A stretch of DNA of 64,000 nucleotides from a virus: IMG/VR virus record IMGVR_UViG_2784132095_000001; one strand, written 5' to 3'. Under the pieces are notes generated by a model, which was not told where the DNA came from, searched no databases, and saw only the letters and a list, made by a program, of their open reading frames with translations. Below are positions 26,841 to 36,864 of the stretch, piece after piece; within the stretch, counting starts at the first letter, position 1, and each line of letters begins with the position of its first letter. The translations under genes were made by a program, and so were the position numbers.

Positions 26841-26904
26841 GGGTACCCCCACAAAGGCCCCTTGAATGTCCGGTCGCATGATCGGTGTTCAAGGGGCCTT
26901 TTTT
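26841..26904 (+). promoter_or_regulatory. Conserved leader + terminator hairpin, copy 1
   Basis: GGGTACCCCCACAAA-GGCCCCTTGAA...TTCAAGGGGCC-TTTTTT. Confidence 0.8.
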
Positions 26905-26921
26905 AGTTTAAAGGAGAAAAA

Positions 26922-27113
26922 ATGGAACATCAGATAACCGAACCAAAGCACCCGATCGAGATTAGCGACGATCTGACCAACATCAGAGTCATCATCAAGG
27001 AAATGGTCTCTGCCCTTTCTAAGAGCCAGAAGAAGTCGCGCGAACGGTCTCTTGTCATCACGAAGCTCGAAGAGGCAGAAATGTGGGCCGTGAATGCTCA
27101 GAGCAAGGAGTAA
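26922..27113 (+). CDS. Acb2/Tad1-like helical hairpin protein (candidate nucleotide sponge)
   Basis: SRERSLVITKLEEAEMWA resembles the C-terminal helix motif of Tad1/Acb2-type proteins; SD AGGAG. Confidence 0.55.
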   Translation: MEHQITEPKHPIEISDDLTNIRVIIKEMVSALSKSQKKSRERSLVITKLEEAEMWAVNAQSKE

Positions 27114-27365
27114 TTGATGAAGTGCAACATCGAGCTTTATCAGTATGCGTCTGAAACCTGCTTTTCGTATGTCGTTCGGGTTGCGTGTTTTGAGCATCTT
27201 GCGGTGGCATATGTGAAGGCTGAGAAAGTTGACCGTAAAATTATTCAGCGTTTAAGAAAAAGTCTTTCGTCTGGATGCCATGAAAGGCGGTTCATTCTTG
27301 GGACCGAGTATTGTGCCAAGCGGCTTCAACGGCTGAAAGAAGAAATGAAAAGGGTGGCTGCTTAA
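27114..27365 (+). CDS. Hypothetical protein
   Basis: 83 aa, ahead of TerL. Confidence 0.5.
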   Translation: MMKCNIELYQYASETCFSYVVRVACFEHLAVAYVKAEKVDRKIIQRLRKSLSSGCHERRFILGTEYCAKRLQRLKEEMKRVAA

Positions 27366-29101
27366 TGACCGTTCAAGTCAAAGAATCCGAGCCGACCCCC
27401 GAAGAAATCGAGCGGGAGCTTTTTACGGTCTTCCGAACCTACGCGGTGAAGTGTCTTAAGGTTCAAACGAAGAAGGGAAAGCTCATTTCCTTCAAGTTTA
27501 ACGTCGCCCAAGACCTTCTCGATCGGATCGTCAATGAAATCATCGCTGCGGGGCGCCTGGTTCGTGTGGTGGTCCTAAAAGCCCGCCGCGAAGGAGTGTC
27601 GACGTATGTCGAGGGGCGGTTTTACTGGAAAGTCTCCCTTCGAGAAAACCGGTATGCTGCGACGGTGACCCATGAACCGGAAGCGACCGAAACGCTTTTC
27701 AACATGACGAAGCGGTTTCACGATCATGTCGATCCACTCTTTCAGCCTCCCGAGAAGTACAACAACAAGGGGCTGCTTCAATTCGATGGGCTGGATTCAG
27801 CGTTTCGCGTCGGCACCGCGGAGAAGGAGCACTTCGGGTCCGGCCAAGGGATTCACTATCTGCATCTTTCCGAGGTGTCAAAGTGGCCGGCGCACACCCA
27901 GGTCAATCTGTTAACCTCGGCGCTGCAGGCCGTTCCGGACGATTTGGACACCGAGATTTATTACGAGTCGACCGCCTATGGCATCGGCGGCGCTTTCCAT
28001 CATCGCTATTTGACGGCGCGCTACCGGTATTATGCGGTTCTCGAGAATGGCAAGCCGGTCCTAAAATTCGAGATCAACGAAGACGCCGATCCGAACGATG
28101 TTTATACCTCCGTCTTCTTCCCCTGGTTCATCTTCCCGGAATACCGGATGAAGGCGCCGGCCGATTTCGTTCGAACGAAAGAAGAGGTCGAATACGCGAA
28201 GCTTCATGGGGTCGATAATGATCAGCTTTACTGGCGCCGATATACGATCGCCAACAAATGTAATCCGACCGGGGAGAATTTAGGAAAGACGCCGGAGATG
28301 ATCTTCTGGCAAGAGTATCCTTCAACGCCGGAAGAAGCGTTCTTGGCGACCGGTCGAACGATATTCGACTCGATCAAGATCAATGCGCTTAAGAAGGCTG
28401 CGCCGAAGCCGATCGCGCGATACGATTGTCTGGTTTCAACCGGCCAATGGATCACGAAGCCGGACGGGATGCTGCGCGTTTGGGAAGAGCCGATCCCGGG
28501 CCGGCGATACGTCATCGGTGCTGACGTCGCGGAAGGATTGATTCATGGGGATTTTTCTTCTGCCGATGTGGTTGACCATCTCACCGGAAAGCAGGTTGCG
28601 CAATGGCACGGCCGGGTCGATCCGGATCTTTTTGGCAACATTCTCTACTGGCTGGGGGTCCGCTATTGTACCGCATGGATCGCGCCGGAGCGCAACAATC
28701 ACGGTTATACAACCGTTAAGAAGCTGGTCGATCTTCGATACCCTCAGATTTATGTCGAACTGATTCCGGAGCCGCCTGGTAAGCCCAGGAAGAGATACGG
28801 GTGGTTGACAGGAAAGGCAACAAAACACTTGTGCATCGACTTTCTGGTAACTATACTGCGAGAAGGTAGGCATGGAATTCAGTGCGCCGAGACGTTCGGG
28901 GAGATGCTGAGTTTCGTGTTGAAAGACGATGGAACGATGGGGGCCCAGGAAGGATTGAACGACGACCGCTGTATGTCGATTGCCATCGCACAATACGTTC
29001 GGACGGTGCTTCCGCTCCCCTCGATGGCTCAAACGATGGTTCCTGCAGGTGGCGCGGTGCAATCGGTGAGGACTCCGCCGCCGCCGGGAGCGTTTACGTA
29101 G
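27365..29101 (+). CDS. terL: Terminase large subunit
   Basis: KARREGVST (Walker A), LHLSEV (Walker B), nuclease IGADVAEG and DDRCMS. Confidence 0.92.
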   Translation: MTVQVKESEPTPEEIERELFTVFRTYAVKCLKVQTKKGKLISFKFNVAQDLLDRIVNEIIAAGRLVRVVVLKARREGVSTYVEGRFYWKVSLRENRYAATVTHEPEATETLFNMTKRFHDHVDPLFQPPEKYNNKGLLQFDGLDSAFRVGTAEKEHFGSGQGIHYLHLSEVSKWPAHTQVNLLTSALQAVPDDLDTEIYYESTAYGIGGAFHHRYLTARYRYYAVLENGKPVLKFEINEDADPNDVYTSVFFPWFIFPEYRMKAPADFVRTKEEVEYAKLHGVDNDQLYWRRYTIANKCNPTGENLGKTPEMIFWQEYPSTPEEAFLATGRTIFDSIKINALKKAAPKPIARYDCLVSTGQWITKPDGMLRVWEEPIPGRRYVIGADVAEGLIHGDFSSADVVDHLTGKQVAQWHGRVDPDLFGNILYWLGVRYCTAWIAPERNNHGYTTVKKLVDLRYPQIYVELIPEPPGKPRKRYGWLTGKATKHLCIDFLVTILREGRHGIQCAETFGEMLSFVLKDDGTMGAQEGLNDDRCMSIAIAQYVRTVLPLPSMAQTMVPAGGAVQSVRTPPPPGAFT

Positions 29102-29113
29102 AGTGAGGTTGAC

Positions 29114-29344
29114 ATGCCTTCTTTAAACGAAAAAGGCCCGAGCATCGGCATTTGTTTACAATGCGAGGAGATGGTTTCGAATTTAACGTATGGCCTTTGT
29201 TTGTCGTGCAAAACCAAAGAGGATGAGCGACAAAAGCGTCTGCTTATGGATGTCTCAGCGAAGCTTGAAGATCTGGAAAGTTTAAGGATTGAACGTATAC
29301 CCCCGCGACGAGATGGGGTGAATCAGGGCGAAGCGGCGCAATGA
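29114..29344 (+). CDS. Hypothetical protein
   Basis: SD GAGGT; CLQC...CLSC. Confidence 0.5.
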   Translation: MPSLNEKGPSIGICLQCEEMVSNLTYGLCLSCKTKEDERQKRLLMDVSAKLEDLESLRIERIPPRRDGVNQGEAAQ

Positions 29345-29777
29345 TTCAGTAATCCCCGACGATGAGGGGCCGGATACTCCGCAGGTGTCCGGCCCGCTTG
29401 AGGTACGGGATGATTGGCGAACGGGATCGGATCGAAAAGGAGTTTTCTCGGCGCAGGGAGGAAAGATGTCGTTGTGGGTGTTTGGTAGAAGCTCATAACG
29501 AAGATGAAGATTGTCTTAAATCTAGAAAATCGAGGAGAGCTATCATGTCAAAAACATGCGCGAAGTGCGGCAAGCGACACGCCGGGAAGTGTAGCCGGAA
29601 GGGGTATTGATGGAAGAAGACAAAATTATTCCATGGGATCACATGATCACAGTAAAATTTTATGAGTCCCATATTTCGATGACGCTCGAAGAGCTATATC
29701 AGGTATTCAAGAAAAGGTTTTTACTTGAGTCGGATGAGAATCCTCAGGTGCTTCGTGGACTTTAAAAGGGGTGTAGA

Positions 29778-29996
29778 GTGACCTTCACCGTTTCGTATTC
29801 TGGCGCTTACTGCGAAGATCCGAAAAGGCTGATCGGGGTCGTTCTTCAATTCCTCGAAGAAGTGGCAAAAGATCCCAAAAGAGCAAGGCAGTTGCGCATC
29901 GCCGCGCGGCAGGGTAAGATTACGGGTGTTAAACAGGAAATAGATGAACCCTGGGGAGGTGAGCCCGATGCCCATGTAAAATCGAAACCAAAATAA
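29778..29996 (+). CDS. Hypothetical protein
   Basis: 72 aa. Confidence 0.45.
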   Translation: MTFTVSYSGAYCEDPKRLIGVVLQFLEEVAKDPKRARQLRIAARQGKITGVKQEIDEPWGGEPDAHVKSKPK

Positions 29997-30035
29997 AATC
30001 CTCGAAGAGATTGCAGCAGATAAAATTTAATTAAA

Positions 30036-30092
30036 GAGCACCCTCACAAAAGGCCTCTGAACAGAACAGCGTTCAGGGGCCTTTTTCTTTTT
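30036..30092 (+). promoter_or_regulatory. Conserved leader + terminator hairpin, copy 2
   Basis: GAGCACCCTCACAAAA-GGCCTCTGAAC...GTTCAGGGGCC-TTTTTCTTTTT. Confidence 0.75.
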
Positions 30093-30103
30093 CGGAGGCA
30101 TCA

Positions 30104-31828
30104 ATGCGGAAAATCTTGTTTCTGGCGCTACTCCTGGCGCTGATTCCAATTCAGGCGCTCTCCCAGTCGCCGGAACGAGAAGCGCGGGGTTATTTCGGCA
30201 TCGTCGGCGGGGACACTGACGACAAAGGGCCGACGCTGGTGATCAATCCGGATGGGTCGATCAACGCTGCGGTGACCGGCGCGGGCGGGGGAACGCAATT
30301 CGCCGAAGATTCCGCGCTCGGATCGACCCCGACCGGAACGCTGGCGATGTGTCGGCGCGACGACGCCCTTGCTACGTTGACTCCGGTGGAAGACGATGCG
30401 ATCGGCTGCCGGGTGGATTCCAGGGGAGCTCTTTGGGTGGCCTGGTCTAATCCTCTGACGCCGACGATCGATGGCGTTTATGTGACTGGAAACACGGACC
30501 ATGATGCTTCGGCCTCCGGGATTGATCCTGTCCTTGTTGGTGGTTTCGCCTCGGCCGCGGCGCCGACCTCGGTAAGCGCTGACGGCGATGCGGTTAACGC
30601 CTGGTTTCTTAGAAATGGCGCTCAGGCGACCGTTCTGACGGCCGCGGGTGCCTTGATCGGTGGGGATGCGACCAACGGGCTTGACGTCGATGTGACTCGT
30701 TTGCCGGCCATTCCAGCCGGTAACAACAACATCGGCGACGTTGATATCGCTTCAATTGCGGCCGGAAATAACAATATCGGGGATGTGGATGTAGCCTCGA
30801 TTGTTCCGGGAACGGGGGCAACAAACCTCGGAAAAGCGGTTGACGGCGCTTCCGGCGGGACCGATACAGGTGTGGCGATCCTGGCGATTCGAGACGATTC
30901 TCTTTCAGCCTTAACACCCGTTGAAGGCGATTACGTTCAGCTTCGTGTCAATTCGACCGGGGCTCTGCATGTGACCGGGGGAGGCGGGGGTACTCAGTAC
31001 AACATCGATGATGTTGCTTCTGCGACGGCGACCGGGACGTTCGCGCTGGTTGTTCGAAAGGATTCTGCGGCCTCTCTTGCGGGGACGGATGGCGATGTGA
31101 CCGGCCTTCAAGTGGATGCCAACGGGGCTCTCCGGGTGACCGGGGGCGGGGGTGGCACCGAGTATACCGTCAATGGGGTGGCTCCGGCCGATCCGACCGG
31201 CGCGACCTTCGTTATGGAACGGGACGATGCTCTTTCAGCTCTGACCGAGGTTGAAGGGGATTGGACAAATCCGCGATCGACCGCCGAAGGCGCTTTGTGG
31301 ACCCAGGATTTCAACTCCGACACGATGGTCACCCATCTTGCGACCGTGGCCGGGGCGGTTTCCGGTACGGAAATGCAGGTTGATATCGTTTCCTCCGCGC
31401 TTCCGACTGGGGCGTCTACCTCCGCAAACCAATCAACCATGATCACCGCGCTCCAATTGATCGATGACGATCAAACCGGGGCCTCGGTCAATTACAAAAC
31501 CTCCGCCGGAACGACTGAGGATGAGACGGAAATTAAGGCCACGGCTGGCCGGCTCTTCTCGATCACGGCGACGAACACGAATGCCGCGGCGCGCTATATC
31601 CGATGTGCGAATCTGACGGCGGCCAATACGACCCCGGGAACATCGACCGTCTTTCTCGGGCTGGCCATTCCGGGGAACACGGCCGGGTCCGGATTTACGA
31701 CGAACTTTGGGCCGGCCGGTATTGCCTTCTCGACCGCGTTGACCTGCTGGACGGTCACCGGGGCGGCGGATTCCGATGTCGCGGAAGTCGCGGCAAACGA
31801 AATTAAATGGATTATCACCTACAAATGA
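30104..31828 (+). CDS. Gly/Ala/Thr/Asp-rich repeat protein with signal peptide
   Basis: MRKILFLALLLALIPIQALS; repeated RDDxLxxLTxVEGD...GAL and GGGGT units. Confidence 0.8.
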   Translation: MRKILFLALLLALIPIQALSQSPEREARGYFGIVGGDTDDKGPTLVINPDGSINAAVTGAGGGTQFAEDSALGSTPTGTLAMCRRDDALATLTPVEDDAIGCRVDSRGALWVAWSNPLTPTIDGVYVTGNTDHDASASGIDPVLVGGFASAAAPTSVSADGDAVNAWFLRNGAQATVLTAAGALIGGDATNGLDVDVTRLPAIPAGNNNIGDVDIASIAAGNNNIGDVDVASIVPGTGATNLGKAVDGASGGTDTGVAILAIRDDSLSALTPVEGDYVQLRVNSTGALHVTGGGGGTQYNIDDVASATATGTFALVVRKDSAASLAGTDGDVTGLQVDANGALRVTGGGGGTEYTVNGVAPADPTGATFVMERDDALSALTEVEGDWTNPRSTAEGALWTQDFNSDTMVTHLATVAGAVSGTEMQVDIVSSALPTGASTSANQSTMITALQLIDDDQTGASVNYKTSAGTTEDETEIKATAGRLFSITATNTNAAARYIRCANLTAANTTPGTSTVFLGLAIPGNTAGSGFTTNFGPAGIAFSTALTCWTVTGAADSDVAEVAANEIKWIITYK

Positions 31829-32541
31829 AAAATCTTTTCATCCTCATAGCGCTTCTCTCGATCGGCTGCATCGCGCGGGCCGACATGCTTTTGCTCGGGG
31901 CCGGGAGTCTTCCGGCGGCGGGCGGCGGCGCATCTTACGTGGCCGTGTACAGCAACACAGGTACGGGCACCTCAATTACAGTATCGAGCGTTAACGCCGG
32001 CGCTGGCGATCTTATCCTCGTATTGGCCGGATGGCGCAATAACGGCGGGCAGACGATATCGTCAGTCACGTATAACGGGGCTGGAATCACGCATATTAGG
32101 ACTGAGGCCCCTGGCGCTGGATTCGTTGCCGCAACCTCCTACTATGCAATCAATCCTGGGGGTACGGCGGACGTGGTGGTGACATGGAGCGCTGCAATCG
32201 ATGGCGGCGGTCACGTCGTTGTGTATGTGATTTCTGGCGCACACCAAACGACCCCTATTCAAGATCATCAATCCACTTCCGACACAACGGCTAGTGCAAC
32301 ATCCATATCTACAAATGTGACCTCGCAATCAGGCGGTTTGGTTTTCGATCTGGTAAATCGACAGTCAGTTACTGAGGCTCTTACTGTAGGCGCAGATCAA
32401 ACGGAACGATATCAGGGGTCCGTTGGGGATGTGAGGGATGGCTCCAGCACAGAACCCGGCGCGGCAACGACCACAATGTCATGGTCCTGGACAGGCGGGT
32501 CGCGGGTATCTCATATCGCGATAGCGGTGGCACCACAATGA
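31825..32541 (+). CDS. Exported beta-rich protein
   Basis: Signal/lipoprotein-like N-terminus MKNLFILIALLSIGC; S/T/G-rich beta-sandwich composition. Confidence 0.75.
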   Translation: MKNLFILIALLSIGCIARADMLLLGAGSLPAAGGGASYVAVYSNTGTGTSITVSSVNAGAGDLILVLAGWRNNGGQTISSVTYNGAGITHIRTEAPGAGFVAATSYYAINPGGTADVVVTWSAAIDGGGHVVVYVISGAHQTTPIQDHQSTSDTTASATSISTNVTSQSGGLVFDLVNRQSVTEALTVGADQTERYQGSVGDVRDGSSTEPGAATTTMSWSWTGGSRVSHIAIAVAPQ

Positions 32542-33695
32542 TTGTTTTTCTTTTAATGGCGATCTTGCTGTTCGCTCAGAGCGTGATGGCACAGCCGTCC
32601 ATCTCATCTACTTCTGGAGGCTGGTCGCACGGTGCTAGCGTTACGATTTCGGGGAGCGGCTTTGGGACAAAGGCCACGGCGCCGCCGCTACTCTACGATG
32701 ATTTCGAGAGCGGCACTAATGGCTCGAATATAAAACCAAATAACCCTGTAGTGGGTACAGCGTGGGATGATTTTGTCGGCGGTGGCACTCAAGTTCCAAG
32801 ATATTCAAACACGATCTCTCGCGGCGTTTCAGTGCTATCGAGTCTTCATGATTTTGAAACAGATGGGACATACAATTCATCGCTGGAATATTTCAATTCA
32901 ACAGCTACCACAGTGTACTTCACCTTTTGGTGGAGGCACGAGAAAACCTCAGTGAATTGGAGACGGCAAAACAAGCCTTGGATTCAGTACGGTTCCAACG
33001 GTACATACCCTGAAATGTATACAGGGTTTGGAAGCCCTTCTGATACTGATGGTGGGATTAGAAACAGTATCCAAGATGATCCCGCTCCTGGAAATGCAAC
33101 ACTTTACGGCTCGACAAACATTTCCGACATAGATGGGACTTGGGTTAGGCTGGAGGTGTATTTGGTCCAAAGCGATGTCGATGTTGCAAATGGCACGTTT
33201 TGTTACTGGACCTACAGGTCTTATTTAGGCACACCATCATTTGTAGAAGAAGCCTGCTCCACAACTCAGAAAATGCGAACACAGGATCGTACATGGAATC
33301 AATGGCATTTTGGCTCCTACTTTACGAACGACGACCCTGCGGGAGCGAAGGGGCGAGTGTATGTTGATGACATATATTTTGATAATACCCGTGCCAGAGT
33401 TGAAATTTGCAATGCTTCCACATGGGCTGCGCGGACGCATTGCGAGATTCAGCGTCCTACGGCCTGGTCCGACACAGAGGTGACTATCGTGACGAATCAG
33501 GGCGATCTCGGCGCGTTGGCTGGTGACTATCTCTATGTTTGCGATTCGGATAATTCATGTAACTCAAACGGATTTGCCTTGTCTGCTTCAGAGGAAGGAG
33601 GGAGCCGCTCAGTGATCACCTCTCCCCGCTCTGGTGTCTCACGAAGCGTAATCACGGCCCCAAGAAGCGGAGCAACTCGGAGCCCGATTCAATGA
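32538..33695 (+). CDS. Exported protein with lectin/polysaccharide-lyase-like beta domain
   Basis: Signal peptide; VTISGSGFG, YDDFESG, W/Y-rich core; C-terminal SRSVITxPRSG repeated twice. Confidence 0.7.
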   Translation: MIVFLLMAILLFAQSVMAQPSISSTSGGWSHGASVTISGSGFGTKATAPPLLYDDFESGTNGSNIKPNNPVVGTAWDDFVGGGTQVPRYSNTISRGVSVLSSLHDFETDGTYNSSLEYFNSTATTVYFTFWWRHEKTSVNWRRQNKPWIQYGSNGTYPEMYTGFGSPSDTDGGIRNSIQDDPAPGNATLYGSTNISDIDGTWVRLEVYLVQSDVDVANGTFCYWTYRSYLGTPSFVEEACSTTQKMRTQDRTWNQWHFGSYFTNDDPAGAKGRVYVDDIYFDNTRARVEICNASTWAARTHCEIQRPTAWSDTEVTIVTNQGDLGALAGDYLYVCDSDNSCNSNGFALSASEEGGSRSVITSPRSGVSRSVITAPRSGATRSPIQ

Positions 33696-33883
33696 AGCGC
33701 GATTGGGGGAGCTTAGAGAAGTCGTTTGCCATTCTAATCCTTGGATTGACCCTCAGTGCTGTTGTAAGCCAAGTGGCGGCGCACCGTCTCGATACGGTCG
33801 ATGTGTTGGACAAGATCACGATTTTAGAAATGAGAATCACGCACTTGGAAGCCGAAGTAAAACAACTAAAGGAGGGTCAATAA
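33692..33883 (+). CDS. Small TM + coiled-coil protein
   Basis: One TM helix followed by a heptad repeat. Confidence 0.55.
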   Translation: MKRDWGSLEKSFAILILGLTLSAVVSQVAAHRLDTVDVLDKITILEMRITHLEAEVKQLKEGQ

Positions 33884-33884
33884 A

Positions 33885-34334
33885 ATGAATGATTTCAAAA
33901 AGCAGTTTTCGATGTTCACCGCCATGCTCTTTCTCTTCGGAGCGTTTCTCTTGCTCCCGGTTTTTCATGCTCATGCAGCTGATTTCTCTCTCGGCGGGCT
34001 GAAAATCTCCGTCGGTGAATCGTTTACCAAAACCTCCGACGTTCAGTTTGTCGGGCGCTCCGGGGGTCGGGCCTTCGTCGGCGGCGGCGTCTGCACAGGA
34101 TACGCCTACGGAATCAACGTGGCCGACACGTTCAGCATCGACGCGCTTTCTCTGTGCGCGATTCTCTCCGGCACTTACGACGACGGCGGAGATGCCAAGT
34201 TCGGCGGCGCCGTGGGGATCTCCCCGCTCTCCCTCTTCGGTGGAATGGCGAAGACATTTATCGGGTACGACCTCGCCAATAATCGAGCGGTGCGCGGCGG
34301 GATGACGACGCTTTCTGCTGTGGTGAGTTTCTGA
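33885..34334 (+). CDS. Exported, possibly outer-membrane beta protein
   Basis: Signal peptide ending HAHA; alternating beta pattern; terminal Phe. Confidence 0.6.
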   Translation: MNDFKKQFSMFTAMLFLFGAFLLLPVFHAHAADFSLGGLKISVGESFTKTSDVQFVGRSGGRAFVGGGVCTGYAYGINVADTFSIDALSLCAILSGTYDDGGDAKFGGAVGISPLSLFGGMAKTFIGYDLANNRAVRGGMTTLSAVVSF

Positions 34335-34519
34335 TGGCCGAAAAACTCAAAAGCCGGAAGCTGTGGGCGACGGTTTTGACCTCGGTGATCGTGGCGATGA
34401 ATTCGCAATTGGAGTTTATCCCGGCCGATTCGGTCGATACGGTCGTGAACCTCATCATGATTTACATCGGTGGTCAAGCCGTGGTCGATGCGGCGGCAGC
34501 GGTGAAAAAGCAGGGGTAA
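34334..34519 (+). CDS. Holin-like protein
   Basis: KLKSRKLW followed by two TM helices and a basic tail. Confidence 0.6.
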   Translation: MAEKLKSRKLWATVLTSVIVAMNSQLEFIPADSVDTVVNLIMIYIGGQAVVDAAAAVKKQG

Positions 34520-34520
34520 A

Positions 34521-36572
34521 GTGGCCGGACGTGGGCTCCTTGTAGTCAAAACCAATAACGAGCTGGCTGCCGAAGAGCAGGCCTCGGCGAATACTGCGGC
34601 GCTGCTCTCGGCGCGGCCTCAGTTGACCGGGCTGTCCGGATACCTCTACGGTTTATGGGAAGAGGCAAAACGGGCGAAACAGCCGATCGAGACGCAGATT
34701 CTAAAGAACATGCGTCAAGTAAACGGGCAGTATGAGCCCGATAAGCTGGCGGCGATTCGTTCGATCCGGGGGCCTGAAATCTACGCCATGCTCACGGCTG
34801 CGAAGTGTCGGGCGGCGAAAGCCTGGGTTTCCGACATCCTCAAGCCGGCCGGGGATCGTCCCTGGTCCTTGGAGCCAACACCGGTTCCCGAGATGCCCCC
34901 GGAAGTTGAGGAGGAGATTCGGCAGGGGCTTAAAGAGCAGATCATTCAAAACGCGGCGATGGCTGCTGCAGAGACGGGCTCCCCGGTCGATGTTTCGATG
35001 GTCATCGGCATGATCGAGGAGAAAGCGGCCGAGATCAAGGATGTCATTCGAAGGGCGCTGACCGAGAAAGCCAAGGAAGCGCTCAAGCGCATGTCCGATA
35101 AGATCGCCGATCAATTGGTGGAAGGAAAGTGGCAGAAGGCGTTTGACGCGGTAATCGGCGACGTCATCAAGTTTCCGGCCGGGATTCTAAAAGGGCCGAT
35201 CATTCGCCGGCGGAAGGTCAAAAAGTGGGTCGCCGGTCCGGACGGATGGAAGTATCAATCGTCCGAAGAGTTGGTGCTCGAATTCGAGCGGGTCCACCCG
35301 CTTGACGCATATCCGGAAGGCGATTCGACCGGGCCGAACGACGGTTATTTCTTCCAGCGGCACCGGATGAGCCGGAAGGATATCGTCGCTTTAATCGGCG
35401 TTCCCGGCTACAACGAGGCGGAAATCCGGATCGTCCTCGAAGAGTTCGGAAAAGGCGGCCTCAAAGAGTGGTTGGTTCCCGACTCCGATCGGGCGATGCA
35501 GGAGAATCGTGATTCATCGTCTGAATGGTCTTCGACTAAGATCGAAGCGCTGGAATTTTGGGGATCGTGTCAGGGGCGGCTGCTTTTAGAGCATGGCGTT
35601 CCGGAGAAGTTTATCCCGGACCCGATTCTGGAATACGAAATAAACGCCTGGATGATCGGCGGCCATGTGATCAAGGCGGTGGTCAATCCGGATCAAACAG
35701 GAAGTCACCCCTATTCGGTCACCTCCTACGAGAAGATCGACGGTTCTTGGTGGGGGAAGGGTGTTCCCGAAGTCATGGCCGATTCCCAGGAGGCGATCAA
35801 TGCCGCTTCCCGCGCTCTGGTTCAGAACGTGGCGATGGCGAGCGGGCCCCTGACGGAGATTGATATTGACCGGTTGGCTCCCGGCGAGAACGGCGAGGTG
35901 ATCTGGCCATGGCGGACCTTCAAAGTCACAAGCACCGTGATGAAAGAAGGCAAGGCGGTCAACTTTTACCAGCCGCGTTTGATCGCGCGGGATTTGATCG
36001 AAGTTTGCGACAAGTATGAGCGTCAGGCGGACGAAGAAACAGGCATTCCGCGGTACGCTCATGGTGACCCAAATATCGAGGGCGCGGGGAACACCGCCTC
36101 GGGGCTTTCAATGCTGATGACGGCGGCGGCGCGCGGGATTAAGGATCTGGTCGGCTCCATTGACATGGATCTGATTTCTCCGACGATTGAGCGAGTTTAT
36201 GAATTCAACATGCGGTTCGATCTGGATCAGTCGATGAAGGGGGATGCTCGGGTGGTTGCCCGCGGGGTGTCTTCTCTGATGGCGAAAGAACAGCGGACGC
36301 TTCGGGTCAACGAAACGCTCGAGAAAACGAACAACCCGATCGACTTCGCGCTCATGGGGCCGGACGGCCGCAAGGAGCTTTTGAAAGAGTCGATCAAGGC
36401 GCTTGATGGCGTCGAGGTCGACAAAGTTGTTCCGGAAGGTCCGGCGATGACAACGGCGGTTGCTCCGGTCGGTCCTGGGCCTGGGGGCGATAAAAAGCAG
36501 CAGAAGTTGAATCCGGCTGGACAGCCGGCAGGCGGGAAAGAGACCCAGGTTGTAGCGGCGGGAGGGAAGTGA
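34521..36572 (+). CDS. Portal protein (podovirus-type)
   Basis: 683 aa, between TerL and scaffold/capsid; helical, with a Pro/Gly-rich tail. Confidence 0.8.
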   Translation: MAGRGLLVVKTNNELAAEEQASANTAALLSARPQLTGLSGYLYGLWEEAKRAKQPIETQILKNMRQVNGQYEPDKLAAIRSIRGPEIYAMLTAAKCRAAKAWVSDILKPAGDRPWSLEPTPVPEMPPEVEEEIRQGLKEQIIQNAAMAAAETGSPVDVSMVIGMIEEKAAEIKDVIRRALTEKAKEALKRMSDKIADQLVEGKWQKAFDAVIGDVIKFPAGILKGPIIRRRKVKKWVAGPDGWKYQSSEELVLEFERVHPLDAYPEGDSTGPNDGYFFQRHRMSRKDIVALIGVPGYNEAEIRIVLEEFGKGGLKEWLVPDSDRAMQENRDSSSEWSSTKIEALEFWGSCQGRLLLEHGVPEKFIPDPILEYEINAWMIGGHVIKAVVNPDQTGSHPYSVTSYEKIDGSWWGKGVPEVMADSQEAINAASRALVQNVAMASGPLTEIDIDRLAPGENGEVIWPWRTFKVTSTVMKEGKAVNFYQPRLIARDLIEVCDKYERQADEETGIPRYAHGDPNIEGAGNTASGLSMLMTAAARGIKDLVGSIDMDLISPTIERVYEFNMRFDLDQSMKGDARVVARGVSSLMAKEQRTLRVNETLEKTNNPIDFALMGPDGRKELLKESIKALDGVEVDKVVPEGPAMTTAVAPVGPGPGGDKKQQKLNPAGQPAGGKETQVVAAGGK

Positions 36573-36850
36573 TGTTGATGGAACCGTCACAAAGCGTTTT
36601 GCGGGCGATGGCGACCTTAAAAGCCGACCCCAGGATTGCACCCAACTTGATTACCTGGCTGAAAGAAAGCCTTCGGTTGACGGACGAGTTGAATCGTCGG
36701 GCGAAGGGCGAGCTCCTTTTGCAGAGTCAGGGCGCAGCGCAAACGCTTGAAGAGATGATTAATTATATCGACAAGGCGGAAACGATTTTGAAAGCTTTGG
36801 AAGGACAGCCGGAGAAGCATGCTCCGCGCGTTGTTCCGAGTGTTTACTAA
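36569..36850 (+). CDS. Small helical protein following the portal
   Basis: Coupled ORF; LLQSQGAAQTLEEMI. Confidence 0.65.
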   Translation: MMLMEPSQSVLRAMATLKADPRIAPNLITWLKESLRLTDELNRRAKGELLLQSQGAAQTLEEMINYIDKAETILKALEGQPEKHAPRVVPSVY

Positions 36851-36864
36851 CGGAGGGATATTAC

